Shown here: one piece after another, positions 20,941 to 29,843 of the stretch | How the letters are laid out: each line of letters opens with the position of its first letter | How positions within the stretch are numbered: the first letter of the stretch is position 1 | Assembly (NCBI GenBank): GCA_963768055.1 | Contig: CAVYGN010000001.1 | Span: forward strand, 896,001 to 960,000 | Reading direction: 5' to 3' | Length of the DNA stretch: 64,000 nucleotides | Source: an uncultured Spirochaetota bacterium | GTDB lineage: Bacteria; Spirochaetota; Brevinematia; Brevinematales; JAOACQ01 | Position numbers and translations under genes: made by a program | Notes under the pieces: model-generated | The model's input: the letters and a program-made list of their open reading frames with translations, nothing else | What the model was told of the DNA's origin: nothing | Databases searched by the model: none

Positions 20941-23220
20941 CTATAGCACGTTATCCGATCCGGCGATTATGAAAGTTTCTTTTAATATCTCTATTGTTTT
21001 CAGGTTTTCCGAAAGAACTTCCTGTATATGATCTATGGCCTTGTAGATATTATTCTCGGTTTGTTCATGACTTGAGATGAGCCTTGACATATCCTCAAAA
21101 GATTTTTTGAGCGTGATCAGCGTCAGGTGCAGCTTTTCACTTTCCTGATAATCTCCCTCAGTCATATCCCTGATTGACAGTGTATCTTTTAGAAGAGTGC
21201 CGGTCCCCTCATCTATGGCGTTGGATTCTAATTTATGTTCGTACATGAGTTTTGAAATTTTTCCGATCATATCGGCCGAATTACCCGATTTTTCAATAAT
21301 TGTCAAAAGCTGGCTTGCAACCTCCTCCGTTAGTTTGATGCTTTCATTAATATTAAAGTTCATCTGCTTAAGGCGTTCCTGGCTCATTGCGAGCCTTTCT
21401 TTAGATTTGTTAGCCAGGTTCCTGATCTCACTGGCAAGAATACTGAAACCTTGCCCGGCCTCTCCCGCATATGACGATTCTATCGAGGCGTTGACGGATA
21501 AAAAATTACTTTCTTCGACGATCTCCTGGATAGTTTGCAGGACTTCGCTTATATAATTCGTGTTTTCTGAAACTTTTTCAACGGAGTCCCTGCTCTGCAT
21601 AACGATTTGTTTGCTGTTCAAGGCGATGTTCGATAATTCCCTCGAAATATTATCAGTTTGAATAATTGATCTGAGAATTTTTTCTATATGAGTATTCATT
21701 CCGCTGACAGTCCGGTTAGTCTCTTCGACAGCCGCTGTCTGGCTTGAAACAGCTTTAGGAATTTTATCCGCAGAGGTTTCCATCCTGTAAGCTATCTGCG
21801 AGGTTACTTTTTCGATTTCGGAAAGCTGCGTTTTAAGCCTTCCGGATATTACTTTGTTATTTTTGCTTGTTTCGGCGATAATGAAAGCGGTTTTCTCGGT
21901 ATTATCCTTAAGGGCTGAGCTTGATTTAATGAGATTCCGGGAAACGGTATCGAGTTTTTGTAAAACCATTTTCATGGACTCGTTTTTCTTATCAAGTTCC
22001 TTTGTCCTTTTAATCGCTTCGATATAAATATTGGATTCCTCCATTGCCAGAACAATAAATATACTTATGAGCAGGGCCAGGAAACCATAAGGAAAGAGCC
22101 AGCAATAGGGGGAAAGATAATTAACCATATAATATATATCATGCGAGATTGTAAAAATATTTATCAGGAAAGCGAAAAGTATGATCAGGTAATTATTTTT
22201 CCTGGTTTTTATATAAGATATGGTAAGCATAATAAAACTGAAAATAAGGAGGGGCGCTATTATAAAAATAAGGGCATAATTGTTGAAAAAGGCATCGATT
22301 CCATATTTAGAATTCAGGCTTAGAACATATAAGGAGCAGGAAAGGGTAGGAATTGTAACAACCAGAAGAACCCAAAATCTTTTCAGGATTTTTGTCAATT
22401 CACGTATAAAGAGAGTAAAGAACAGCGCCATTAAGGGACAGGAAGCATCCGAAACTCTTTCCAGGAACACTTCATCAACGGAATTAAAGGTAAAAGAATT
22501 GTTAACATAGCTGAAGCTGAAAAAAATGCACATGGCGGCAAAATATAGGTAATGCCTCTCTGTAAAACGGTGGGCGCAGAAAAGAAGTATAAAATAAAGG
22601 CCTATCAATATTCCTATTACGAAGGAGGCTATACTTAAATAAACATTGAAAAGGTTCCTCATAAAGGCCCAGAAGGACGTATTTTCTTCCGAAGATAAAA
22701 CCGGCGGATAAAAAGGGGAAAAGTCTTGAATCGGATAAGCCTGGATGGCAATTTCATTCAGGTTTGTCCCGTACCTGATCAGCCCGCCCCGAAGCTGGAC
22801 CGAAAGTGTTTCGTAGGAAGAAGACTGGTAATAATCGCCGTAGCTTCCCCTGCTTATAACCATAACTCCATTTATATAAACAACATAAGGATAACTGCAA
22901 GGACCCAGGTAAAGGGATAATAATGTTTTCGAAAGCGATGGATCAACCCTGAAACTTCCCCTGAAAGTATACATCTTTTTTTCATTCTTAATGGTGTCGG
23001 GAAGAGGTTCTGAAGAATATCGGACAAAACCGAGAGCGGATAAATCGCCTTTAATAAATTCGCCCGGGTTGATAGGGCTCTCCAGAATCGAAAGCTCGGA
23101 GATAACGGCTTTATCTTTTTCATTATTTAAAGCAATATCTGCATGACAGAGGGGATAAGAGACGATCATTAAAATAAAAAAATTTAAAATAAATATTATT
23201 GTTTTTTTATTAAAATGCAT
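20941..23220 (-). CDS. 7TM-DISM-like sensor with methyl-accepting chemotaxis domain (receptor 3)
   Basis: Same architecture; tip NFLSVNASIESSYAGEAGQGFSILASEIRNLA. Confidence 0.85.
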   Translation of the reverse strand: MHFNKKTIIFILNFFILMIVSYPLCHADIALNNEKDKAVISELSILESPINPGEFIKGDLSALGFVRYSSEPLPDTIKNEKKMYTFRGSFRVDPSLSKTLLSLYLGPCSYPYVVYINGVMVISRGSYGDYYQSSSYETLSVQLRGGLIRYGTNLNEIAIQAYPIQDFSPFYPPVLSSEENTSFWAFMRNLFNVYLSIASFVIGILIGLYFILLFCAHRFTERHYLYFAAMCIFFSFSYVNNSFTFNSVDEVFLERVSDASCPLMALFFTLFIRELTKILKRFWVLLVVTIPTLSCSLYVLSLNSKYGIDAFFNNYALIFIIAPLLIFSFIMLTISYIKTRKNNYLIILFAFLINIFTISHDIYYMVNYLSPYCWLFPYGFLALLISIFIVLAMEESNIYIEAIKRTKELDKKNESMKMVLQKLDTVSRNLIKSSSALKDNTEKTAFIIAETSKNNKVISGRLKTQLSEIEKVTSQIAYRMETSADKIPKAVSSQTAAVEETNRTVSGMNTHIEKILRSIIQTDNISRELSNIALNSKQIVMQSRDSVEKVSENTNYISEVLQTIQEIVEESNFLSVNASIESSYAGEAGQGFSILASEIRNLANKSKERLAMSQERLKQMNFNINESIKLTEEVASQLLTIIEKSGNSADMIGKISKLMYEHKLESNAIDEGTGTLLKDTLSIRDMTEGDYQESEKLHLTLITLKKSFEDMSRLISSHEQTENNIYKAIDHIQEVLSENLKTIEILKETFIIAGSDNVL

Positions 23221-23260
23221 ATAATCTCCGGCCCCGAATCATCATCTAAGGTCTTTATTG

Positions 23261-23392
23261 GGGCACCTCTAATAACCGCCTTTTCACCGGACAAGCCGGT
23301 ACAAGCAAGGCGGATAGGTAGTGCCCATAGGGCGGATAAATTATAATCATAAAGCAAAATGTTTGCAATATCACCTCTTATTAGAGCCGCCC
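23261..23392. mobile_element. MITE-like repeat, copy 3 (inverted relative to copies 1 and 2)
   Basis: 15-bp TIR GGGCACCTCTAATAA / TTATTAGAGCCGCCC (13/15); reverse complement carries CCGCCCTATGGGCACTACCT. Confidence 0.7.
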
Positions 23393-23400
23393 TTAATATT

Positions 23401-23429
23401 ATTGTATGAAAAATTGTAAATTATATCAA
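23401..23429 (-). promoter_or_regulatory. sigma70-type promoter for receptor cluster
   Basis: TTGATA-17-TACAAT on minus strand. Confidence 0.6.
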
Positions 23430-23430
23430 A

Positions 23431-24063
23431 CTATTTAGGTTTTATGAACAAAGTTTTAACGTTTTGTTTTATAATAATCCCGATCTTTTCTTCATCGAGA
23501 ACTGTCCCGGCCTTTAAAAGAACGTTTCCCTCAGGCGATAATACCGGAATTCCAAGTTCCATTCCGGCTTTCAGTTCCGAGGCTTCCAATTTTTGGAATG
23601 ATGATATCTGACCGGCCGTATTAGGGGAAGAGGCTCCTTGTACCGACCCGTTTTCGAGGGTCTTAACCGATAATTCGGCTTCTGTAACATTTAACAGGGC
23701 GGTAATTTTATTAAGAAGCTTCCCCGGGTCTATCGGCTTTAGAAGGTAAGACTGGGCGCCTATATTGTGGGCCTCCTCTACATCCTTTGCAGCGCTGGAC
23801 ATGGTTGTTATTATTACAGGAATATGGGCTGTAGAGGGGTAAGCCCTGATTTTTTTTAGAATTTCAAGACCATTATAATCGGGCAGGTTGAGATCCAGAA
23901 GGATAAGATCCGGCGGCGAACTGATCGCGGCTGCAAGACCGCTCTGGGCATCGGCCGCTTCTATGAATTCAATATTAAAATTCCTCAGGTTCTCCCTAAT
24001 GCTCTTTCTGGCGATCGTACTATCGTCTATTATCAGGGTTCTGATCGAAATTATTCTCTTCAT
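23431..24063 (-). CDS. response regulator (REC plus small C-terminal domain resembling HD-GYP N-terminal/DUF3391-like module)
   Basis: LIIDD, LLDLNLP, YLLKP; C-terminal ELKAGMELGIPVLSPEGNVLLKAGTVLDEE; start at ATG 24063. Confidence 0.8.
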   Translation of the reverse strand: MKRIISIRTLIIDDSTIARKSIRENLRNFNIEFIEAADAQSGLAAAISSPPDLILLDLNLPDYNGLEILKKIRAYPSTAHIPVIITTMSSAAKDVEEAHNIGAQSYLLKPIDPGKLLNKITALLNVTEAELSVKTLENGSVQGASSPNTAGQISSFQKLEASELKAGMELGIPVLSPEGNVLLKAGTVLDEEKIGIIIKQNVKTLFIKPK

Positions 24064-24076
24064 GGAAGATCTCCCC

Positions 24077-24940
24077 TCAATCGAATATAACTGTTTTATT
24101 ACCAAAGACCAATGTTTTGTTTTCAAGATGGTACTTAACTGCCCTTGCAAGCACTGTTTTTTCAAGTTCCTGCCCCTTGCATATCAGGTCTTCGAGCGAA
24201 TCGCGATGACTGACCCGCAGAACATCCTGGTCGATGATCGGGCCGTTATCAAGCTCTTCCGTGACATAATGGCTTGTCGCCCCGATGACCTTAACACCCC
24301 TTCTATAAGCCTGGTGGTAGGGTTTTGCTCCTACAAATGCCGGCAGGAAGGAATGATGAATATTGATAATCCGGCTGGGGTACCGGCTTATAAAATTGCC
24401 GCTTAAAACCTGCATATACCTGGCAAGGACCACGAGGTCGATCGATAGTTTTTCAAGGATCATCAGCTCATCTGTTTCGGTTTCTTCTTTTGATCCATCC
24501 AATAGAGAAAAGACCCTGTATTCTATACCGAAATAATCGGCGACCGGCTTCAAATCGGGATGATTGCTGATGATAATGGGAATTTCCGCTCTTATTTCAC
24601 CCGATTTATTTTTAAGAAGAATGTCATATAAGCAATGATCTAATTTTGAAACAAAAACCGCGATCTTCGGAATGACGCTTGAAAAAAGCAGTCTGAAATT
24701 CATCGAAAACTTTTCGGCAAGAACAGAGAATTCCTCCCTGATCCTCTCCCTGGATATAATAAATTCATCAAGTTCCCATTCAATTCGCATAAAAAAAGTG
24801 CCGCTGTCAAAATCCGTATGCTGGTCCGAATGAATTATATTGCCTTTATTGTTAAAAATAAAATTTGAGACTCCTGCAACGATTCCCTTTGTATCGGGGC
24901 ATGATAAGAGCAATATAGCGGTATCTTTTTTCGGGGCCAT
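24077..24940 (-). CDS. purU: formyltetrahydrofolate deformylase
   Basis: ACT domain SCPD..GIV, LARYMQVLS, INIHHSFLPAF.GAKPY. Confidence 0.97.
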   Translation of the reverse strand: MAPKKDTAILLLSCPDTKGIVAGVSNFIFNNKGNIIHSDQHTDFDSGTFFMRIEWELDEFIISRERIREEFSVLAEKFSMNFRLLFSSVIPKIAVFVSKLDHCLYDILLKNKSGEIRAEIPIIISNHPDLKPVADYFGIEYRVFSLLDGSKEETETDELMILEKLSIDLVVLARYMQVLSGNFISRYPSRIINIHHSFLPAFVGAKPYHQAYRRGVKVIGATSHYVTEELDNGPIIDQDVLRVSHRDSLEDLICKGQELEKTVLARAVKYHLENKTLVFGNKTVIFD

Positions 24941-24955
24941 TATTATAAACCCCCT

Positions 24956-26716
24956 CTATCCATCGACGAAAAAGTAGGATTCGTAAACATCCGGGAAATT
25001 CTTCTTTAAATCCTCCATTAAGAGCGCCTCAATTTCCGATGCGGTTGACATTTTCCTCGCCTTTTTCCACAGTTCCTCGGCTTCCGATATTTTGGATTTC
25101 AGTATGATCGATTTAACAAGCGGTATATATGTTGGATTTATACTGAAAATTCTTAAGCCAAGACCCAGAAGCAGCCTTATAAATAAAGGATTTCTGGCAA
25201 TTTCCCCGCATACCGATACTTGTTTATGATTGATATTGGCGTTCTTGACCGTAAATCGGATCAGCATAAGGACCGCGGGGTTAAGTGGCTGGTAGTACTC
25301 CGCTACAACCTGGTTATTCCTGTCCACTGCAAGCGTATACTGTACAAGGTCGTTTGTACCGATACTGAAGAAATCGACCTCTTTTGCCAGCTGATTCGAA
25401 AGCATCGCGGCTGACGGTATTTCGATCATAATACCTATCGGGATATGATATTTGAAAGGCTTGCCTTCGTGCTTGATCTCATCCTCGCATTCCTCGAATA
25501 TTTTCTTTACCTTTCTGACCTCGTCAATACTCGATATCATCGGGATCATAATTTTTATATTATCGTTAAAAACGCTTGCCCTGATTATTGCTCTGAGCTG
25601 CTGCTTGAATTTTTCAACCTCTTTCAGAAATACCCTGATGGACCTCCAGCCAAGGAAAGGATTCGGGTCCTTGTTCTTCTTGTCGCCTATGAATTTATCG
25701 CCGCCCATATCAAGTGTGCGTATCACAACCTCCTTGTCATGGAAGAGCAGGAGATACTCCTTGTATAATTCAAACTGTTCGTTTTCATTGAGGAATTTTT
25801 CATTGGCTATAAACACAAGTTCGGTGCGAAGAAGGCCGATCCCTGCCGCGCCATGGCGGCGGGCAATGTTTAATTCCATTGAATTGGAAACGTTTGCGCA
25901 TAACTTAATATCATAGCCGTCCAGGGTCCGTGAGGGAAGGCTTACAACACTGAATATTTCTTTTTCTTTGAGGTTGTAGTTATTCTGGAGGTGAATGTAA
26001 TCATTGACTGTTCCCTCATCAGGATTGACTATAACTATGCCTTTATAACCGTCCACGATTATTTTATCGCCCTTTTTAACATAATTAAGGATGTCGTTTA
26101 TTCCGAAGACAGCGGGAATTTCGAGTGATTCTACGATTATAGCGGCATGGGATGTGGTGCTGCCGGATTCTGTGGCTATGCCCCTTACAAATTCCTTGGG
26201 GATATGGAGGACTTCAGCGGGAGAGATCTCTTCAGCAACAATGATTACCGGTGCGCTGATCGATAAAAGATCGATATCGCCGTATATTTTTCTTATTATT
26301 CTGTCGGCTATCACCTTAAAATCCAGGAACCGGCTCTGAAAATACTCTCCTTCGAGCTTATCGAATTGTTTTTTCAGTAAATCGAGCTCAAAAACCAGGG
26401 CGACATCGGCAGGATAAGAATCGCTTTTTATCCTTTCGACTATGTTTTTCAAAAAAAAGTCTTCTTTCATCAATACTTCGTAATAATCGACGATCTTTTC
26501 ATGCTCGTTGGCCAGAGGGTTGGAAAGGTTGGTTTTAAGATGGCCGATTTCAAGCCTGACTTCATCACTGGCTTTTTTATATTTCGCTATCTCCGTTTCT
26601 TTTTCCGAGTCGTCTTCCATTCTTGTAAACCTGATCAATTTTGTCACGTCATAACGAATGAGAATATCGCAGACAGCTATTCCTTTTGAGATTGGAATAC
26701 CCCTTAGAAGATACAT
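24956..26716 (-). CDS. ptsI: phosphoenolpyruvate-protein phosphotransferase (PTS enzyme I)
   Basis: TSHAAI phospho-His, GIGLLRTE, RTLDMGGDK, SIGTNDLVQY, CGE; AAGGAG RBS before ATG 26716. Confidence 0.95.
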   Translation of the reverse strand: MYLLRGIPISKGIAVCDILIRYDVTKLIRFTRMEDDSEKETEIAKYKKASDEVRLEIGHLKTNLSNPLANEHEKIVDYYEVLMKEDFFLKNIVERIKSDSYPADVALVFELDLLKKQFDKLEGEYFQSRFLDFKVIADRIIRKIYGDIDLLSISAPVIIVAEEISPAEVLHIPKEFVRGIATESGSTTSHAAIIVESLEIPAVFGINDILNYVKKGDKIIVDGYKGIVIVNPDEGTVNDYIHLQNNYNLKEKEIFSVVSLPSRTLDGYDIKLCANVSNSMELNIARRHGAAGIGLLRTELVFIANEKFLNENEQFELYKEYLLLFHDKEVVIRTLDMGGDKFIGDKKNKDPNPFLGWRSIRVFLKEVEKFKQQLRAIIRASVFNDNIKIMIPMISSIDEVRKVKKIFEECEDEIKHEGKPFKYHIPIGIMIEIPSAAMLSNQLAKEVDFFSIGTNDLVQYTLAVDRNNQVVAEYYQPLNPAVLMLIRFTVKNANINHKQVSVCGEIARNPLFIRLLLGLGLRIFSINPTYIPLVKSIILKSKISEAEELWKKARKMSTASEIEALLMEDLKKNFPDVYESYFFVDG

Positions 26717-26831
26717 TCGAACTCCTTGCATGAATTGAAACCGGAAATAATATCAGACTATAAAAGTTTAAACAAAATTTTAAATTTAATCAACTGATAA
26801 GAAGAAGTTTGGCCTGTTATTTTAAAGGTTA

Positions 26832-26934
26832 CCTGTTCCCGGGAAGGATTTGTTGCCCAAAGTTCGGGCCGGCCCGGGTCTTGCCCGTACCCGTCCAATA
26901 GCATGCTCCGTTGCCGTCGAGGCTTCGCGGAAGA
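26832..26934 (-). ncRNA. candidate structured non-coding RNA of unknown family
   Basis: GC-rich island in an AT-rich intergenic region; terminal stem and three internal hairpins including a GCAA tetraloop on the minus strand. Confidence 0.4.
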
Positions 26935-26948
26935 TATTAAATGTGAAT

Positions 26949-26977
26949 TTGACAATAGTGATCTTTTATTTTAATCT
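26949..26977 (+). promoter_or_regulatory. sigma70-type promoter for fabD
   Basis: TTGACA-17-TAATCT. Confidence 0.55.
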
Positions 26978-27004
26978 ATTATCCTGTTTTTTACAGGAGC
27001 TGCT

Positions 27005-27898
27005 ATGAAGGCGTTTTTATTCCCGGGGCAGGGTTCCCAGAAAGTCGGAATGGGGAAAGACCTCGTAGAGGAATTTCCAATCGCTGAAGAAATTTACAAA
27101 AAGGCTGACGAAATACTGAGTTTTTCTTTGTCAAATATCTCCTTTGAAGGGCCTGAAGAAGAATTGATGAAGACACAGAATGCCCAGCTGGCGATCCTGA
27201 CATACAGTCACATCGCCGCGCTTCTCGTGCTCAAGAAAACCGGATTGCCTGAATACACAGCCGGCCTTTCCCTTGGAGAGTTTTCAGCCCTTCTCGCAGC
27301 CGGGGTACTGTCATTTGAAGACGCCCTGCTCGTAGTAAAAAAGAGGGGGGAACTTATGGCTTCCGCCGATCCGGAAGGCAAAGGCGGAATGGCGGCCGTG
27401 ATGGGGCTTGATGACGAAACAGTCAAACGGGTATGCGAAGAAGTGTCGAAAGAAAAATATGTAACCGCAGTAAATTTCAACTGCCCGGGACAGGTCGTCA
27501 TATCAGGGCTCAAGGAAGGAATTTCCCTCGCCGAAGCCAGGCTAACTGAAGCAGGGGCTAGAAGAGTAATAAGGCTCAATGTCAGCGGCGCATTTCATTC
27601 GGAATTAATGGCGGGCGCAGCGGAGGAATTTAGCCGCTTCATTGGGGATATCCGATTCAATAAACCTAAATGCAAGGTTGTTTCCAATGTAACAGCCCGG
27701 CTCGAGGATGAAACCAATGCAAGGGAACTGCTGGTCAGGCAATTGAAGAGTCCGGTGCTCTGGACCGATTCTATTAATTTCCTGAAGAGCCGGAATGTTA
27801 AGGAAGCGGTGGAGATCGGATTCGGAAATTCCGTATCAGGCCTTGTAAAAAAGATTGATCCGAACATGAAAATCAGTTCCTGGAACCAGGTTATTTAA
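27005..27898 (+). CDS. fabD: malonyl-CoA:ACP transacylase
   Basis: FPGQGSQ, GLSLGE, NCPGQVVISG, VSGAFHS. Confidence 0.97.
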   Translation: MKAFLFPGQGSQKVGMGKDLVEEFPIAEEIYKKADEILSFSLSNISFEGPEEELMKTQNAQLAILTYSHIAALLVLKKTGLPEYTAGLSLGEFSALLAAGVLSFEDALLVVKKRGELMASADPEGKGGMAAVMGLDDETVKRVCEEVSKEKYVTAVNFNCPGQVVISGLKEGISLAEARLTEAGARRVIRLNVSGAFHSELMAGAAEEFSRFIGDIRFNKPKCKVVSNVTARLEDETNARELLVRQLKSPVLWTDSINFLKSRNVKEAVEIGFGNSVSGLVKKIDPNMKISSWNQVI

Positions 27899-27932
27899 AT
27901 ATACCTGAATTTCATTATATCAAAAAATAAAG

Positions 27933-28001
27933 TTCGAAACCACAGATGTCACAGATTGCACAGATACTGGATTTAATCTGTGTAATCTGTGGTTTTCCGA
28001 A
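27933..28001. repeat. hairpin of 9-bp-period CACAGAT repeats (REP-like)
   Basis: Three CACAGAT units followed by two inverted ATCTGTG units, closed by AAACC/GGTTT. Confidence 0.75.
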
Positions 28002-28074
28002 ATTGATAGTTTCGATATCCAAAGTTTAGTTTAAATATTAAAAAAAGCTTAATATTCAAATATAGGAGTTTAAA

Positions 28075-28539
28075 ATGGCTGAAAACGAAGAAAAAAAGGT
28101 TCTTGACATCATCGATATTATGAAGCATATTCCACACCGGTATCCGTTTTTACTGGTGGACAGGGTCACTGAAATAACCCCTTCCGGGGGCAAGGGTTAT
28201 AAGAATGTGACTATCAATGAGAATTATTTCCAGGGCCATTTTCCGGGCAGGCCGATAATGCCCGGCGTGCTTATCATAGAAGGCATGGCCCAGTGCGGCG
28301 GTTATATAGCGCTGAAACTCCTGGAAAAAGACCAGAGCAACATAAAAGATATGCTTATATTTTTTATGATGATCGATAATGCCAAGTTCAGGAGGCCCGT
28401 GCTTCCCGGAGACAGGCTCGATTATGAAATTGAGATCCTGAAACTCACAGCCCGCCTCCTTAAAATCAGAGGCGTCGGAAAAGTGGACGGCGAGGTTGCC
28501 GCAGAGGCTGATATGACTGCCATGCTCACGCCTAAATAA
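28075..28539 (+). CDS. fabZ: 3-hydroxyacyl-ACP dehydratase
   Basis: PHRYPFLLVD, FQGHFP..PIMPGVLIIE. Confidence 0.97.
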   Translation: MAENEEKKVLDIIDIMKHIPHRYPFLLVDRVTEITPSGGKGYKNVTINENYFQGHFPGRPIMPGVLIIEGMAQCGGYIALKLLEKDQSNIKDMLIFFMMIDNAKFRRPVLPGDRLDYEIEILKLTARLLKIRGVGKVDGEVAAEADMTAMLTPK

Positions 28540-28645
28540 ACGATAATTTAAGCGCCCCTAAAAGGGCGAAGAACTGCCTCTGAAAAATTGTGTTTAAAAT
28601 TTCCCGTCCTTTACTGCCGGATTCAAAATAATATACGGTTTAGAA

Positions 28646-28841
28646 TGGAGTCAATTTTTATCCCGCATTTATGAAGAAAATGTAGAACTGCCATCGAAAA
28701 AAGGCGAAAGCCCCGCCTTCATCATTATTTTTTTTAATTTTACTAAAATTAAAAAAAAAATCCAAATAAGGAGGGCGGGACCGCCTTATTGAGATGATGC
28801 AGTTCGAGTTTTCAAACCCAGCGGGATAAAAATTGACTCCA
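28646..28841. repeat. ~196-bp imperfect palindrome with perfect 21-bp outer arms
   Basis: TGGAGTCAATTTTTATCCCGC ... GCGGGATAAAAATTGACTCCA plus nested complementary blocks. Confidence 0.85.
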
Positions 28842-28873
28842 GAAAAGCCGGATGTTTTTTGAACGGCCCCTCC

Positions 28874-28902
28874 TTGATATTAATCCGATCCCGCGTTACA
28901 AT
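28874..28902 (+). promoter_or_regulatory. sigma70-type promoter for lipoprotein-sppA-lptFG operon
   Basis: TTGATA-17-TACAAT. Confidence 0.6.
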
Positions 28903-28931
28903 AAAACATCCTGATATGCGGGTATTTTAAA

Positions 28932-29834
28932 GTGAAAAAGGGTTTAATACTATATATCTTCATGCTGTCGTTGTATGCATGTTCCGGAGAAAACAGGATA
29001 AAAATCGAAAACTTAAGCGGCGGCAATCAAAAAATCACGATCCAGAGAGGTGGCGATACTACACCGGTAATGGAGATCCGGTACGATGGAGAAAGAACCG
29101 GTTTGGATTTCTTTACCAGGTTTGTCGACAGGTCCCTTATTTGTTTCTATAAGTATATGGGAGATAAAAACAGGAACGTTACTTACCGCATACCCTACGA
29201 TTCAGATTATTACAGGCTTTTTTATTCTATAGGTTTGCACCTTCTTTCAGGCTGGAAAAACGAACTCTTTAAATACGGGGTGATTGAACTGGAATGGAGA
29301 AATTTATTATCCGGCTTTAAAAACGAACCTTTTTTCAGCGATAAAGAAATTAAAAGCCAATACGGCAAATATTTCCGTATCCAGGATATAGACGATGTAA
29401 TGGTAAAGCACATAATGAAACCCGATGACGCCGTTATGATCAATCCTTATGCCGTTAATTTCCTCTTAAAAGAAATATCCTTTATCTCGATCCAGGAGTT
29501 TTTTTCAAGACAGGACAGGTACTATAGCCCGGGAGATTTAGACAGCGTTTTTACAAGAATGACAGTCATACCCGAATCATCCGAATTTACCCGGTTTGTA
29601 TTGAATAAATTCGGCAGGGAAAGACTTTTAAATCTTGCTTCAATTGAATTCAGCAATGAAACATGGCTGAATCTGACCGACGAAAAGATAAACGAAACGG
29701 AGAGTTCTTTCTCAAAAAGTATTGAAAACTATAACTTTACAGGGGTTTTTAAAAACACTGATTTTACCAACGAACTATACGGTATTTTAAAGATTTATAA
29801 TAAAAATACAAAAAAAACACTTTTCAGGAAATAG
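28932..29834 (+). CDS. hypothetical lipoprotein
   Basis: MKK..MLSLYAC lipobox-like signal; 300 aa; first gene of a tight operon. Confidence 0.7.
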   Translation: MKKGLILYIFMLSLYACSGENRIKIENLSGGNQKITIQRGGDTTPVMEIRYDGERTGLDFFTRFVDRSLICFYKYMGDKNRNVTYRIPYDSDYYRLFYSIGLHLLSGWKNELFKYGVIELEWRNLLSGFKNEPFFSDKEIKSQYGKYFRIQDIDDVMVKHIMKPDDAVMINPYAVNFLLKEISFISIQEFFSRQDRYYSPGDLDSVFTRMTVIPESSEFTRFVLNKFGRERLLNLASIEFSNETWLNLTDEKINETESSFSKSIENYNFTGVFKNTDFTNELYGILKIYNKNTKKTLFRK

Positions 29835-29843
29835 GAGTTTATA

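Noticed and set aside
16321..23220. Diversity-generating retroelement as the source of receptor variation
   Set aside because: No reverse transcriptase and no template/variable repeat pair differing only at adenines
26758..26955. 65-aa minus-strand ORF
   Set aside because: TTG start without an RBS or recognisable motif; better explained as structured non-coding sequence
27933..28001. CRISPR array
   Set aside because: Units are 9 bp with no unique spacers, and there are no cas genes
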